Positions 21,759 through 31,540 of a stretch of DNA of 64,000 nt are shown piece by piece (the first letter of the stretch is position 1; each line of letters begins with the position of its first letter). Made by a program: the position numbers and the translations under genes. Source of the DNA: an uncultured Candidatus Saccharibacteria bacterium (GTDB taxonomy: Bacteria; Patescibacteriota; Minisyncoccia; Phycocordibacterales; UBA918); NCBI GenBank assembly GCA_964402035.1, contig CAYOAM010000001.1:243558-307557 (forward strand), read 5' to 3'. The notes beneath the pieces are model-generated. The model saw nothing but the letters and a program-made list of their open reading frames with translations, was not told the DNA's origin and searched no databases.

Positions 21759-22598
21759 ATGGGTTTTGGGTACAGCGTCAGAAAGCCAGAATACTGTTTC
21801 AATCCAAAGCTGCACAGCAAAGGCAGCAAGAAGCCTTTTAGCATTAGTCGATCAAAAATTGACCTATTTGTTGAGTGCGCACAGTGCTTTTTTCTTGATC
21901 AGCGTTTTGGTATAAAGCGTCCAGATAGTTTTCCACTCACACTCAACAATGCGGTGGATGAGCTCATGAAGCGTGAGTTTGATCTATTGCGTACATCACA
22001 AAGCCCTCATCCGCTTATGAAAAAGTATGGTATTGATGCAGTGCCATTTGCACATCCTGACTTAGAAACATGGCGGGACGCATTGAAAGCTGGGGTGGGG
22101 TATTTGGAACCTACGACAAACCTTTTTATACGCGGTGGGATTGATGACGTTTGGATCAATAGCAACAAGGAGCTCCATATTGTTGACTATAAAGCGACGA
22201 GCAAAAAAGAGAAGGTTTCGCTCGATGCTGCTTGGCAAGATGCATACAAACGGCAAGTTGAGGTGTACCAATGGCTTTTTCGAAAAAACAATTTTGCTGT
22301 TTCTCCGATCGCTTATTTTGTGTATGCAAATGGAGACGCAAGCGCACGCACGTTCGATGGTAAGCTTGATTTTGAAACAACCATAATTTCCTACAAAGGC
22401 GACGACCAATGGATTGAATCTACGATTGTTGATCTACACCGTTGTCTCATGGATGAAGCTATTCCGAAGGCAAGTGTCGATTGCTCGTATTGTGCGTATC
22501 GGCAAGTTGCAGGGAAAATACTGTATATCGACATGTTAAAGAAACGCGGCAGTGTATCACCACGTCCAGTCGTTAAGATCAAGAAAGCACGATCATGA
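21759..22598 (+). CDS. PD-(D/E)XK nuclease (RecB/Cas4-like) family protein
   Basis: ISRSKI..F..C..CF, GGIDD, IVDYK, QVEVY, C-terminal CSYC. Confidence 0.85.
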   Translation: MGFGYSVRKPEYCFNPKLHSKGSKKPFSISRSKIDLFVECAQCFFLDQRFGIKRPDSFPLTLNNAVDELMKREFDLLRTSQSPHPLMKKYGIDAVPFAHPDLETWRDALKAGVGYLEPTTNLFIRGGIDDVWINSNKELHIVDYKATSKKEKVSLDAAWQDAYKRQVEVYQWLFRKNNFAVSPIAYFVYANGDASARTFDGKLDFETTIISYKGDDQWIESTIVDLHRCLMDEAIPKASVDCSYCAYRQVAGKILYIDMLKKRGSVSPRPVVKIKKARS

Positions 22599-23176
22599 TG
22601 TATTCATTTCGCATAGAGCAGGCGATACGAGCAGCGGCAGTGCTCCATGGCAGTTCGTCACGTCGTGGTCGCGCTCCCTATCCGCACATCACGCACGCAT
22701 TTGCTGTCTCATGCATTGTTGCAGACTACACAACTGAAGAAGATGTTATTATTGCTGCCTTACTGCACGACACCCTTGACGCCACCAACTATACAGAAAA
22801 TGAGTTAGCAATGGATTTTGGCGATAGCGTTCGGTCTATGGTATCCAGTATTTCTATACAAAAAAGTCTCACATCCGCGGCCGAAGCTGAGGAGCAAAAA
22901 AATATCTTTCTCGATCAGTTAGAGAACGCATCTCAACAATCACTTATTATTGTGGCGGCAGATACACTACACAACATGCGCTCTATTATCGAGGAGTACG
23001 CAGAGGACGCGCAGGGGTATCTTTTAGATTTTGGTGGCTCCGCGCGCGAGCGTTTGGTATATTACCAAAAGTTGAGTAACATACTGAATCGAAGTCTTGA
23101 AAATCCAATTGTCCATGAATTCAATCATGTGCTGCATGAGTTTCGGACATTCTTAGACTATGAGAAAAAAAGGTAA
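22595..23176 (+). CDS. HD-domain protein, Mesh1/RelA-SpoT hydrolase-like
   Basis: PYPHITH..AV, AALLHDT, AADTLHN. Confidence 0.8.
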   Translation: MMYSFRIEQAIRAAAVLHGSSSRRGRAPYPHITHAFAVSCIVADYTTEEDVIIAALLHDTLDATNYTENELAMDFGDSVRSMVSSISIQKSLTSAAEAEEQKNIFLDQLENASQQSLIIVAADTLHNMRSIIEEYAEDAQGYLLDFGGSARERLVYYQKLSNILNRSLENPIVHEFNHVLHEFRTFLDYEKKR

Positions 23177-24476
23177 CCTACTTTATACAAGAAAGCATGC
23201 CGGTTTTACGCACGTAAAAACAATCGGGGCTATTGCTGAATATGTGTTTAAGAAAAATGGCTTGCGAGTCCTTTTTAAGGCGATGCCGGGTACCGGCTCT
23301 GTTACTGTTAATATTGTCTACCGTGTTGGTTCGCGTCATGAAGCACGCGGAGTAACGGGCATTGCGCACATGCTCGAGCATATGATGTTCAAGGAGACGA
23401 TAGATAAAACAGGGAAACGTATGAAGCCCCGATATATAGCGCTCCAAAATAAAGGTGCTCTCTTGAACGCCACAACGTCTGATGATCGGACGAACTATTA
23501 CTTTACGTTACCGAGCGAATACTTACCGCAGATGCTTGAAGCTGAAGCCGAGCGTATGCGTGGATTACAACTTACCGCAAAAGAATTTGTGCCTGAACAG
23601 CAGAACGTGCTGAGTGAGTATGAAATGTATAGTGAGAATCCCACACATCTATTACATCGTGCGGTGATTGAGCAAGCGTTTGTCTCACATGGATATGGCC
23701 ATGACACCATTGGGCATAAGTCTGATATAGAGGCGCTTACGTGCGCCTCGTTGGCTGAATTTTATAACATGTACTATTGGCCAAACAATGCACATCTCGT
23801 GGTCGTTGGTGATGTCGCACTTAAAGAAACACTGGGAGCAATTGCTCGCGCATTTGCACACATCCCATCCTCGCCACATACGGTACCAGTAAGCACGACC
23901 ATAGAGCCACCTTGCAGTAGTGTACGGACTGTTACCTTAAAGCAACCAAGTGCTCTTTCACTCACCGCTGTCTCGTATCGTGCGCCAGCAGCAACTGATC
24001 CTATGTGGTCCAGGGCTCGACTCACGCTCGCATACCTAGCTGAGGGGAAACTTTCGCTGTTACATAAACGACTTATTGAAACACATAAGGCATCTACTAT
24101 AATGCCGTACCTCTCTCTGTCCTATGATCCACATCTTTTTACACTTATGACGACCGTATCAAAAAAAAGTACTCCGACTGAGGTACAGCAGATCATACAG
24201 AAATCGGTGGCGGAGCTTGGGGAAAAGATGATATCGGTCAAAGACTTGGCACGCATAAAAAACAAGATACTTTCGGACATACTTTTTGAACGAGACGGTA
24301 CACATGATATTGCGCAAGAGCTCATTGAGTACATCGCTGCGGGAGATTGGACGCTCTATTACACGCTATTAGATTCTATTAAAAAAGTCACTGCACATGA
24401 TGTCATGGCGTACGCAAAACAATATTTGCAAAACGATTGCTGTGTTGTGGGTACTTTTATCGGAACTGATATATGA
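23160..24476 (+). CDS. M16 family Zn peptidase, catalytic subunit
   Basis: GIAHMLEHMMF (HXXEH), NATTSDDRTNY, YYWPNNA. Confidence 0.92.
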   Translation: MRKKGNLLYTRKHAGFTHVKTIGAIAEYVFKKNGLRVLFKAMPGTGSVTVNIVYRVGSRHEARGVTGIAHMLEHMMFKETIDKTGKRMKPRYIALQNKGALLNATTSDDRTNYYFTLPSEYLPQMLEAEAERMRGLQLTAKEFVPEQQNVLSEYEMYSENPTHLLHRAVIEQAFVSHGYGHDTIGHKSDIEALTCASLAEFYNMYYWPNNAHLVVVGDVALKETLGAIARAFAHIPSSPHTVPVSTTIEPPCSSVRTVTLKQPSALSLTAVSYRAPAATDPMWSRARLTLAYLAEGKLSLLHKRLIETHKASTIMPYLSLSYDPHLFTLMTTVSKKSTPTEVQQIIQKSVAELGEKMISVKDLARIKNKILSDILFERDGTHDIAQELIEYIAAGDWTLYYTLLDSIKKVTAHDVMAYAKQYLQNDCCVVGTFIGTDI

Positions 24477-25738
24477 ATAAAGACCTTGTTACTTATGAAG
24501 AGCGTACCGGAATGCGTATCATTGCCGTAGTTCCAAAAGATACTTCAGTTGTGCGGCTTCGGATTAGTGCATCACTTGGAATTGTGCATGCCGAGAATGC
24601 CGTATTGACAGCGTTCCTTGCAGACATGTTGTTGCGTGGTACTACAAAAAGTTCAAAAGACCACATAGAAGAACAACTTGAAACGCTCGGAGTTGCACTT
24701 GAGATTTCTGCGCAAGATCACCATATACACATTGAGTTCACTACACGCGCCTTAAACCTTACAGCTGCGCTTTTGGTACTTTCCGAAGTTATGGTGTACC
24801 CTGCGTTTTCTGCCACAGAAATTACAAAACTAAAAAAAGAATGTCACGAAGCATTGCGAGAAGAAAAAAATAATTCTCGATTTCTTGCAGCGGCCTTATT
24901 TAGCAGAACGCTCTATGATCGAAACGAATATGCCTATGTCCCTACAGCACACGAACGGGCAAAACTTTTGGATAGTATCGATGGAGCATTCTTACGTAAA
25001 GCTCACAAGGCGCTCCGTAGCGTATCATGGAATATTGGTGTCGCCGCTTCATCGTCTGACCGAAAGCGGGTGCTTGAATCGCTCGCTGCCATGCAGCTTA
25101 AACTGCAGGAGGAGATCCCACTAGCTACACCAATACCACAAACGCGTAAAATGCAGACTCTGTACGAATATGTTCCAAGTAAACAAAATATAGAATATTT
25201 TATTGGAAACAGAATACCAATGACAACAAAGGACGAAGCCTATGTCCCGCTTGCTTTCGGTATTGATGTGCTTGGAAAACGAGGTGGATTTGCTGGTAGA
25301 CTCATGAGTACGGTAAGGGAAAAAGAAGGTTTAACGTATTCTATTTATGCGTGGCTCAAAAATAGTACCTCGACGACGTGCGGCCATTTCAGTATTTGGA
25401 CTTTCTTTACACCAAAAGATAGTGTGCAAGGCCTCGCTTCAACACTACGAGAATTACGATCTATCGTACAGAAAGGTATAACTCCTGACGAACTCACGCG
25501 CTTTAAAGAGCTGACCGCAAATCAATTTAAACTAGCTCATGAATCGACGAGTGGTATGTTGGCACTCTATCACACAGCTCTTGAAGCCGGATCTACGCCT
25601 CAGGATATTGAAAATCGCATGCAAAGGGTAGGGCAGCTGACGCAGGCTGAGGTACGGGAAGCACTTATGCAATATTGTAATCCTGATACCTTGGTGATTT
25701 GCGGAGCTGGATCTACTAAAGAGTTGCTTGAGAAATGA
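24473..25738 (+). CDS. M16 family peptidase, non-catalytic partner
   Basis: No HXXEH; MLLRGT and GRLMSTVREKEGLTY; ATGA-coupled to the upstream M16 gene. Confidence 0.88.
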   Translation: MNKDLVTYEERTGMRIIAVVPKDTSVVRLRISASLGIVHAENAVLTAFLADMLLRGTTKSSKDHIEEQLETLGVALEISAQDHHIHIEFTTRALNLTAALLVLSEVMVYPAFSATEITKLKKECHEALREEKNNSRFLAAALFSRTLYDRNEYAYVPTAHERAKLLDSIDGAFLRKAHKALRSVSWNIGVAASSSDRKRVLESLAAMQLKLQEEIPLATPIPQTRKMQTLYEYVPSKQNIEYFIGNRIPMTTKDEAYVPLAFGIDVLGKRGGFAGRLMSTVREKEGLTYSIYAWLKNSTSTTCGHFSIWTFFTPKDSVQGLASTLRELRSIVQKGITPDELTRFKELTANQFKLAHESTSGMLALYHTALEAGSTPQDIENRMQRVGQLTQAEVREALMQYCNPDTLVICGAGSTKELLEK

Positions 25739-25763
25739 TACATTCATGCGATACTAGAGTCAT

Positions 25764-25994
25764 ATGATGTCACTTTACATAGCGATAACACTCGGTACCA
25801 TTGGAAAACTTATTCTTGGCATTGCGGTATTACGCGTACATGCACACATCCTGAAAGAACATAAAATTGATGCTATAGTACTCTCCGCCATGCGAAGAGA
25901 GCGCTATATCACAGCAGGTGGTGTGGTATTGATACTCATTGGCTATGTTCTTGAAATGCTCTTTTACGCCGGAACGACGATACTGTTTACCTAA
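25764..25994 (+). CDS. small two-TM hypothetical protein
   Basis: Two hydrophobic segments around VHAHILKEHKID. Confidence 0.7.
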   Translation: MMSLYIAITLGTIGKLILGIAVLRVHAHILKEHKIDAIVLSAMRRERYITAGGVVLILIGYVLEMLFYAGTTILFT

Positions 25995-26003
25995 CCCTTA
26001 CCT

Positions 26004-27872
26004 ATGAATACACATCAGATTCGCCAAAAATATTTGGAATTTTTTTCAACACGAGGACACGCTATTATCCCGCCTGTACCACTCGTGCCAGACAATGATC
26101 CCACCACACTATTTGTCTCTTCAGGGATGCAGCCACTCTTGCCATATTTCCTTGGACAACCACATCCCAAGGGCACGCGCGTCGTGAACGTACAACCTTC
26201 ATTCCGAGCAGAAGATATTGAGGAAATTGGCGACAATCGACACACTACTGCATTTGAAATGCTCGGCAATTGGTCGTTCGGAGACTATTTTAAAAAAGAG
26301 CAATTACCGTGGTTTTTTGAATTTTTGACAGATGTGCTGCATCTCGATCCAGCACGACTTTACGTGACGGTCTTTATGGGCGATGCAACATTGGGAATAG
26401 CAAAAGATGACGAATCGATCCTCTTGTGGAAAGAGCTATTTGCATCAAAAGGTATCGCTGCAAAAGATGTCGTGATCGGATCTGAAGCGCAGGGGTATGT
26501 TGACGGGATGCAAGGAGCGCGCATTTTTGCATATGATGCAAAAAAGAACTGGTGGAGTAGAGCCGGTGTCCCTTCGCAGATGCCATCCGGTGAACCAGGA
26601 GGTCCGGATTCCGAAGTTTTTTACGATTTTGGCACTGCTCACGACCCCAAATGGGGTAAAGAGTGCCATCCCAACTGTGACTGTGGACGTTTTATGGAGA
26701 TTGGCAATTCAGTCTTTATGCAATACGTGAAGAATGCTGATGGTTCTTTTTCAAAACTACCAAAAGCAAATGTGGATTTTGGTGGAGGACTCGAACGTAT
26801 CGCTGCTGCGGCGATGGGAGTAGATGATGTGTTTAGGATTGATTCGCTCTATGGTTCTATACAAGCACTTGAAGCGACTTCTGGTGCCTCATATACCGAT
26901 CCTGTATTGCAGGCATCTTTTCGTATTGTTGCTGATCATATGAAGGGTGCGATCTTCATGATTGCAGATGGTGTGCTGCCAGGAAATACTGAACAAGGGT
27001 ACGTATTACGACGGCTTTTACGTCGTTCGATTCGGCATATGGATATGATTGGCGCAGTTAGTTCTGTTGTCACTATTATTACTAAAAATATCGTTGACGC
27101 CTACAAGGACGCATATCCTCGACTAGCTGATGCGCACACCATTATTCTTTCCACGATCTTGGAAGAAGAGGAACGGTTCAGAAAGACACTGGCAGCAGGC
27201 CTCAAAGAATTTTCAAAACTTTCTGCATATGCCATTTCGGGCGCCGATGCCTTTATGCTCTTTTCTACGTATGGATTTCCAATAGAACTTACCCTTGAGC
27301 TCGCTCGCGAACGAGGGGTTGTTGTTGATACTGATGAGTACAAGGTAGAGATGCTGAAGCATCAAGAGCTCTCTCGTGTTGGCGCTGAGCAAAAATTTAA
27401 AGGTGGACTCGCTGATCATGGAGAGAAGACGGTGCACTATCATACCGCAACCCATTTACTGCTTGCAGGGCTACGTAAGGAACTGGGCGATCATGTGCAC
27501 CAAGCAGGTTCGAATATTACGGGTGAACGACTCCGTTTTGACTTTACCCACTCTACAAAAGTCGAGTCAGATGTCTTGAGGCGTGTTGAGTCATTTGTAA
27601 ATAATGCGATCAACACCGGGGCAGTGGTGAATACTGAGGTTATCTCAAAGGAAGATGCTCGAAAGGATCCCTCAATCGAAGGATCGTTTTGGGAAAAATA
27701 TCCTGACCAGGTCAACGTTTACACTGTCACCGGCACGGATGGGACTATATTTTCTCGGGAACTCTGTGGAGGACCACATGTGGAGAATACTCGCGGGATG
27801 GGTACCTTTACCATTGTTAAGGAAGAAGCGGTAGCTGCTGGGATCCGACGAATAAAGGCGACCCTGTCTTAG
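26004..27872 (+). CDS. alaS: alanine--tRNA ligase, short form without C-Ala domain
   Basis: DPTTLF..SGMQP, HTTAFEMLGNWSFGDYFK, GGGLER, editing motifs HTATHLL and ELCGGPH. Confidence 0.97.
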   Translation: MNTHQIRQKYLEFFSTRGHAIIPPVPLVPDNDPTTLFVSSGMQPLLPYFLGQPHPKGTRVVNVQPSFRAEDIEEIGDNRHTTAFEMLGNWSFGDYFKKEQLPWFFEFLTDVLHLDPARLYVTVFMGDATLGIAKDDESILLWKELFASKGIAAKDVVIGSEAQGYVDGMQGARIFAYDAKKNWWSRAGVPSQMPSGEPGGPDSEVFYDFGTAHDPKWGKECHPNCDCGRFMEIGNSVFMQYVKNADGSFSKLPKANVDFGGGLERIAAAAMGVDDVFRIDSLYGSIQALEATSGASYTDPVLQASFRIVADHMKGAIFMIADGVLPGNTEQGYVLRRLLRRSIRHMDMIGAVSSVVTIITKNIVDAYKDAYPRLADAHTIILSTILEEEERFRKTLAAGLKEFSKLSAYAISGADAFMLFSTYGFPIELTLELARERGVVVDTDEYKVEMLKHQELSRVGAEQKFKGGLADHGEKTVHYHTATHLLLAGLRKELGDHVHQAGSNITGERLRFDFTHSTKVESDVLRRVESFVNNAINTGAVVNTEVISKEDARKDPSIEGSFWEKYPDQVNVYTVTGTDGTIFSRELCGGPHVENTRGMGTFTIVKEEAVAAGIRRIKATLS

Positions 27873-28031
27873 AGCCTGTTCACGATCTTCCCCCTGTCCA
27901 GATAATCCATATTTTTAGCTGCAAAAATTCGCCTCGTTTTCAACATAATTTATTATGTTTCAAACTCCGACTCTTTTTTCGCTTAAAAATAAGCGACTTC
28001 TGGTCTGTAGCACGAGATCGTGAACAGGCTC
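27872..28031. mobile_element. 160-bp MITE with IS5-family-like ends and TTA target duplication
   Basis: TTA|GAGCCTGTTCACGATCT...AGATCGTGAACAGGCTC|TTA: perfect 17-bp TIR, 3-bp TSD, no transposase. Confidence 0.85.
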
Positions 28032-28099
28032 TTAGGATATCCCCACACATTAGAAAATCTAGTGCTAGTTAAACCACTATGACTCTATAATAGAGAGTA

Positions 28100-29290
28100 A
28101 TGTGGGCGAAAAAAAATAATGAGCCCGGATACGGTGCAATTATAGATGTGCATTCAGGTAGCGTGGGGATTGCCATTGTCTATTCTGATCCCGCTTTGCC
28201 AGAGCCAGAGATCATCTACGCTTTTCGAGAGTACATAAAAATTAGTCCCCACCCTGATAGTGCTGGTCTTATTAGGTCGTTACGACATGCGCTTTTTAGC
28301 GCAACACTACAATTCTCTCAAGAAGGCATACAGGCATTAAAGACGTACGATCCAGACGCGCAGCTACGAAAACTGTTGGTGGTATGCGGCGCTCCTTGGG
28401 CGCACACTATGACACGCTACATACACGTTGAAGATACGGTACCATTTGTAGTGACTGAAGATAAAATGAAGTCTTTGGTCGAAGAAGCTGAACGAAAGGA
28501 TACTGAAGAACTACTTGCGCTCGACATATTACGAGAGTTGGATGTGACTCTGGTTGAGCGTGCAATCGTCAATGTTTCAGTGAATGGATATTTAGTAGAT
28601 CGGCCGTACGGCAAAAAAGTCACTGAACTGAGCCTTGCTCACATATCAGGCCTCATACCACGCGCTATTGTAGAAGCGGTCGATGATATTGAAAATAAGG
28701 TTCTCACACACACCAAAAGAACAACACATACATTTGCGCTGGTGCTATTTTGTGTGCTCCGTGACATGTATCCGCATACAAAAAACGCTATCTTTGTCGA
28801 CATATCGGGAGAAGCGACAGAGCTCAGCATCATGCAGGACGAAGTATTACTCGATACGTACATGTTTCCATGGGGAAGCCATACGCTTATCCGCGAAGTA
28901 GCAAATCATCTAAAAACATTTCCTGATGAAGCGCTCGGTCATATCAAAAACTTCAGTGACAATAGTCCAGAGAGTGTTCGTCTAGCGGTTGCAAAGGCTT
29001 CCGAGATGTACCTTTCGGAACTGAAATCCGCTTACGCGATACTTTCTAAAAAATACGTCATCCCAAAGCATTTTTTCTTGACTGCGAGTCGCAAATTGGA
29101 TACTTTTTTTGACAATCTAGTACGAGAGGCTTCAAGTCATTACTATGGAGAATATGGGTCCTTTGTGTCGCTTCATAAGTCATTTGAGGAACATGAAATG
29201 CCCACAAAAAAGGAGATCCCTGATATATTTTTTGTTACAGAATCTCGTTTTTTCCACAAACTTCACGGATGTGGAGATCTGATGCGATAA
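28100..29290 (+). CDS. FtsA/PilM-like actin-fold hypothetical protein
   Basis: IIDVHSGSV, VSVNGY, FVDISGEATE, PWGSHTL resemble degenerate ASKHA motifs. Confidence 0.6.
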   Translation: MWAKKNNEPGYGAIIDVHSGSVGIAIVYSDPALPEPEIIYAFREYIKISPHPDSAGLIRSLRHALFSATLQFSQEGIQALKTYDPDAQLRKLLVVCGAPWAHTMTRYIHVEDTVPFVVTEDKMKSLVEEAERKDTEELLALDILRELDVTLVERAIVNVSVNGYLVDRPYGKKVTELSLAHISGLIPRAIVEAVDDIENKVLTHTKRTTHTFALVLFCVLRDMYPHTKNAIFVDISGEATELSIMQDEVLLDTYMFPWGSHTLIREVANHLKTFPDEALGHIKNFSDNSPESVRLAVAKASEMYLSELKSAYAILSKKYVIPKHFFLTASRKLDTFFDNLVREASSHYYGEYGSFVSLHKSFEEHEMPTKKEIPDIFFVTESRFFHKLHGCGDLMR

Positions 29291-29314
29291 AAAGGGTGTA
29301 TACTTGTTTTATAT

Positions 29315-30712
29315 ATGGCTCAAAAATGGAATTTACAGGATATCGTTCCTCCTGAACGTCAAAAAAAAGCCCCACAAAAGGATACCAGTGTACCTATTCG
29401 GACGACGGCTGTGCGTCAGGCACCACAACGAATGAATGAAGCTGTGCGTCCGGTGCAGCAACTGCCACAAGAGCGCGTAACAACGACATCGGTAGGTGAA
29501 CACTATACTGAAACAGATGCTGTTGTATCGCGCCTCGACATAACTGATGGCAAATTGGCACGTATACGTCGTTATATTTTAAGTGCAGTACTCCTCGCTA
29601 TTATTGTTGGAGGTGGATTTATAACAACAATACTTTTGAGCGGTGCAGAAATCACTATCACACCAAAGATTCATACGACCACCGTACAGGCGGTATTTGA
29701 TGCAAAACTTAAACCTGGCACCACTGACCTTGGATATGAATTACTAACACTAGAAGAAGAGTCAGAACGTCAGGTGGCGGCAAAAGGACAAGAAGAGGTG
29801 TCTGAAAGGGCATTAGGGTCCATCACCGTATATAACGCATTTAGCACAACTCCACAGCGTCTCATAAAAAATACGCGGTTTGAAACAAAGAGTGGTCAGA
29901 TCTATCGTATTTCTGATTCTATTGTTGTGCCTGGTTATAAGAAAGACGCGAACGGAACCGCTATTGCTGGTTCTGTAGTGGCACAAGTTTTTGCAGATGG
30001 AGCCGGTGAAAACTACAACATCAAGGAAGACATGCGACTCACGGTGCCTGGCCTCAAAGGTACCGACCAGTATGAACTAATCTATGCAGATGCCAAGAAG
30101 GATAGCGTCCAAGGTGGTTTCGAAGGAAAGAGGTTTATTATAGATGAAGATGAGCTCTCTACAACGAGACAAAAGCTGCAAACTGAACTCCGGGATAAAC
30201 TATTGGCGCGAATAGCTACCGAACGACCAAACGGCTTTATAGCATACAACCCCGCTATTACATTTACATTTGAATCACTACCCGTTGTTGATGCTGGTGG
30301 AAAAGCAGCCACAGTAAAGGAGCGTGTTCGTCTCCATGTACCGTTGTTCAACGAAGCAAGCTTCGCCTCGTTCATTGCAAAGAGTGCGGTACCGAGCTAT
30401 GGGGGAGAATCGGTGCGTATTAAGGACCCTAGCACGCTTACCTTTAGCTACGAGCAAGGTTCACTTGAAGACATATCGACAAAAGAAAACATTACCTTTA
30501 AACTCTCAGGTCCAGTAACAGTCATCTGGAACTACGATGAAGATGCTCTAAAGAAGGACATAGCTGGAATTAGTGAAGATTCACTGCCAAAAGTCCTAGC
30601 TGGTTATGCCGGCATAGATAAGGCACAAGCCGTAATCCGACCCCTTTGGAAGAGCACTTTTCCCTTGGAAGTATCAGAAATCGAGGTACATGAGGTCATT
30701 TTAGGGCAGTAG
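29315..30712 (+). CDS. single-pass membrane protein with baseplate-J-like beta domain
   Basis: Disordered N-terminus, TM near aa 88-108, GSITVYN...TRF...G..YR...VVPG...AD..G..YN...TVPG. Confidence 0.6.
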   Translation: MAQKWNLQDIVPPERQKKAPQKDTSVPIRTTAVRQAPQRMNEAVRPVQQLPQERVTTTSVGEHYTETDAVVSRLDITDGKLARIRRYILSAVLLAIIVGGGFITTILLSGAEITITPKIHTTTVQAVFDAKLKPGTTDLGYELLTLEEESERQVAAKGQEEVSERALGSITVYNAFSTTPQRLIKNTRFETKSGQIYRISDSIVVPGYKKDANGTAIAGSVVAQVFADGAGENYNIKEDMRLTVPGLKGTDQYELIYADAKKDSVQGGFEGKRFIIDEDELSTTRQKLQTELRDKLLARIATERPNGFIAYNPAITFTFESLPVVDAGGKAATVKERVRLHVPLFNEASFASFIAKSAVPSYGGESVRIKDPSTLTFSYEQGSLEDISTKENITFKLSGPVTVIWNYDEDALKKDIAGISEDSLPKVLAGYAGIDKAQAVIRPLWKSTFPLEVSEIEVHEVILGQ

Positions 30713-30763
30713 TATGGCACTATTTGACGTCAATTAATAAGTCTGTTAAACTCTTATCGTTTG

Positions 30764-30982
30764 ATGGACAATCAGACACAAGAAGACAATCTTACCTACG
30801 GCACCGTTGAGGAGGCCTTGCCTGATGCCCTTTTTCGCGTTCAACTGGACGACGGCAAAAAGACACTCGCATATCTAGCCGGAAAAATGCGTAAGTTTCG
30901 TATTCGTGTACTGGTTGGGGACAAGGTAGGCATGGTTATTGATCCGTACGGAGGAAAGAGTCGCATCACCAAACGAATATAA
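30764..30982 (+). CDS. infA: translation initiation factor IF-1
   Basis: GTVEEALPDALFRV, LAGKMRKFRIRVLVGDKV. Confidence 0.95.
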   Translation: MDNQTQEDNLTYGTVEEALPDALFRVQLDDGKKTLAYLAGKMRKFRIRVLVGDKVGMVIDPYGGKSRITKRI

Positions 30983-30988
30983 ATATTT

Positions 30989-31105
30989 ATGAAAGTACGA
31001 TCATCCGTAAAAAAGTTTAGTCCCGACGACAAAATTGTGCGTCGTCGCGGTCGTATTTATGTGATCAACAAGCTCAAGCCTCGACATAAGCAGCGACAAG
31101 GTTAG
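30989..31105 (+). CDS. rpmJ: 50S ribosomal protein L36 (Cys-free form); not in the ORF track
   Basis: Manual translation [38 protein letters not shown]; lies between infA and rpsM. Confidence 0.95.
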   Translation: MKVRSSVKKFSPDDKIVRRRGRIYVINKLKPRHKQRQG

Positions 31106-31138
31106 TTATACTCAGGTCTTATATCTCACACTTATTTT

Positions 31139-31516
31139 ATGCGTATCTCTGGAATTACTATCCCTGAATCAAAAAGACTAGAATTTGGTCTGACTGCTGT
31201 ATATGGCATTGGTCGATCTCTTGCGGTTTCTATATTGAAAGAACTCAAGGTTTCTAAAGAAGCGCGTCCTGCCGAAATCACTACGGATCAGGAGAAAGCA
31301 ATTCGTGAGAAAGTTGAGTCGCTCACGATCGAAGGAGAGCTACGACGCGAAATATCAAGTAATATAAAGAGACTTAAAGACATCAAATCATATCGTGGTT
31401 CGAGGCATGCACGACGATTGCCAGCTCGCGGACAACGGACAAAGACGAACGCTCGCACGCTGAAGGGTGTCAGAAAGACGATGGGCTCTGGACGAAGAAA
31501 AGCAGAAAAGACTTAA
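31139..31516 (+). CDS. rpsM: 30S ribosomal protein S13
   Basis: YGIG, SYRGSRH..LPARGQRTKTNART. Confidence 0.98.
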   Translation: MRISGITIPESKRLEFGLTAVYGIGRSLAVSILKELKVSKEARPAEITTDQEKAIREKVESLTIEGELRREISSNIKRLKDIKSYRGSRHARRLPARGQRTKTNARTLKGVRKTMGSGRRKAEKT

Positions 31517-31540
31517 TCATCTCGCTTTATACATATACCT

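Noticed and set aside
21759-22598. Cas4-like nuclease as a sign of CRISPR-Cas
   Set aside because: No cas1, cas2 or array nearby; stand-alone PD-(D/E)XK proteins are common
27940-27965. dif site in the centre of the MITE (AACATAA-TTTA-TTATGTT)
   Set aside because: Spacer is 4 bp rather than 6 and it forms the apex of the element's hairpin
29315-30712. Prophage inferred from the baseplate-J-like domain
   Set aside because: No integrase, terminase, capsid or tail genes; the protein is membrane-anchored among core genes
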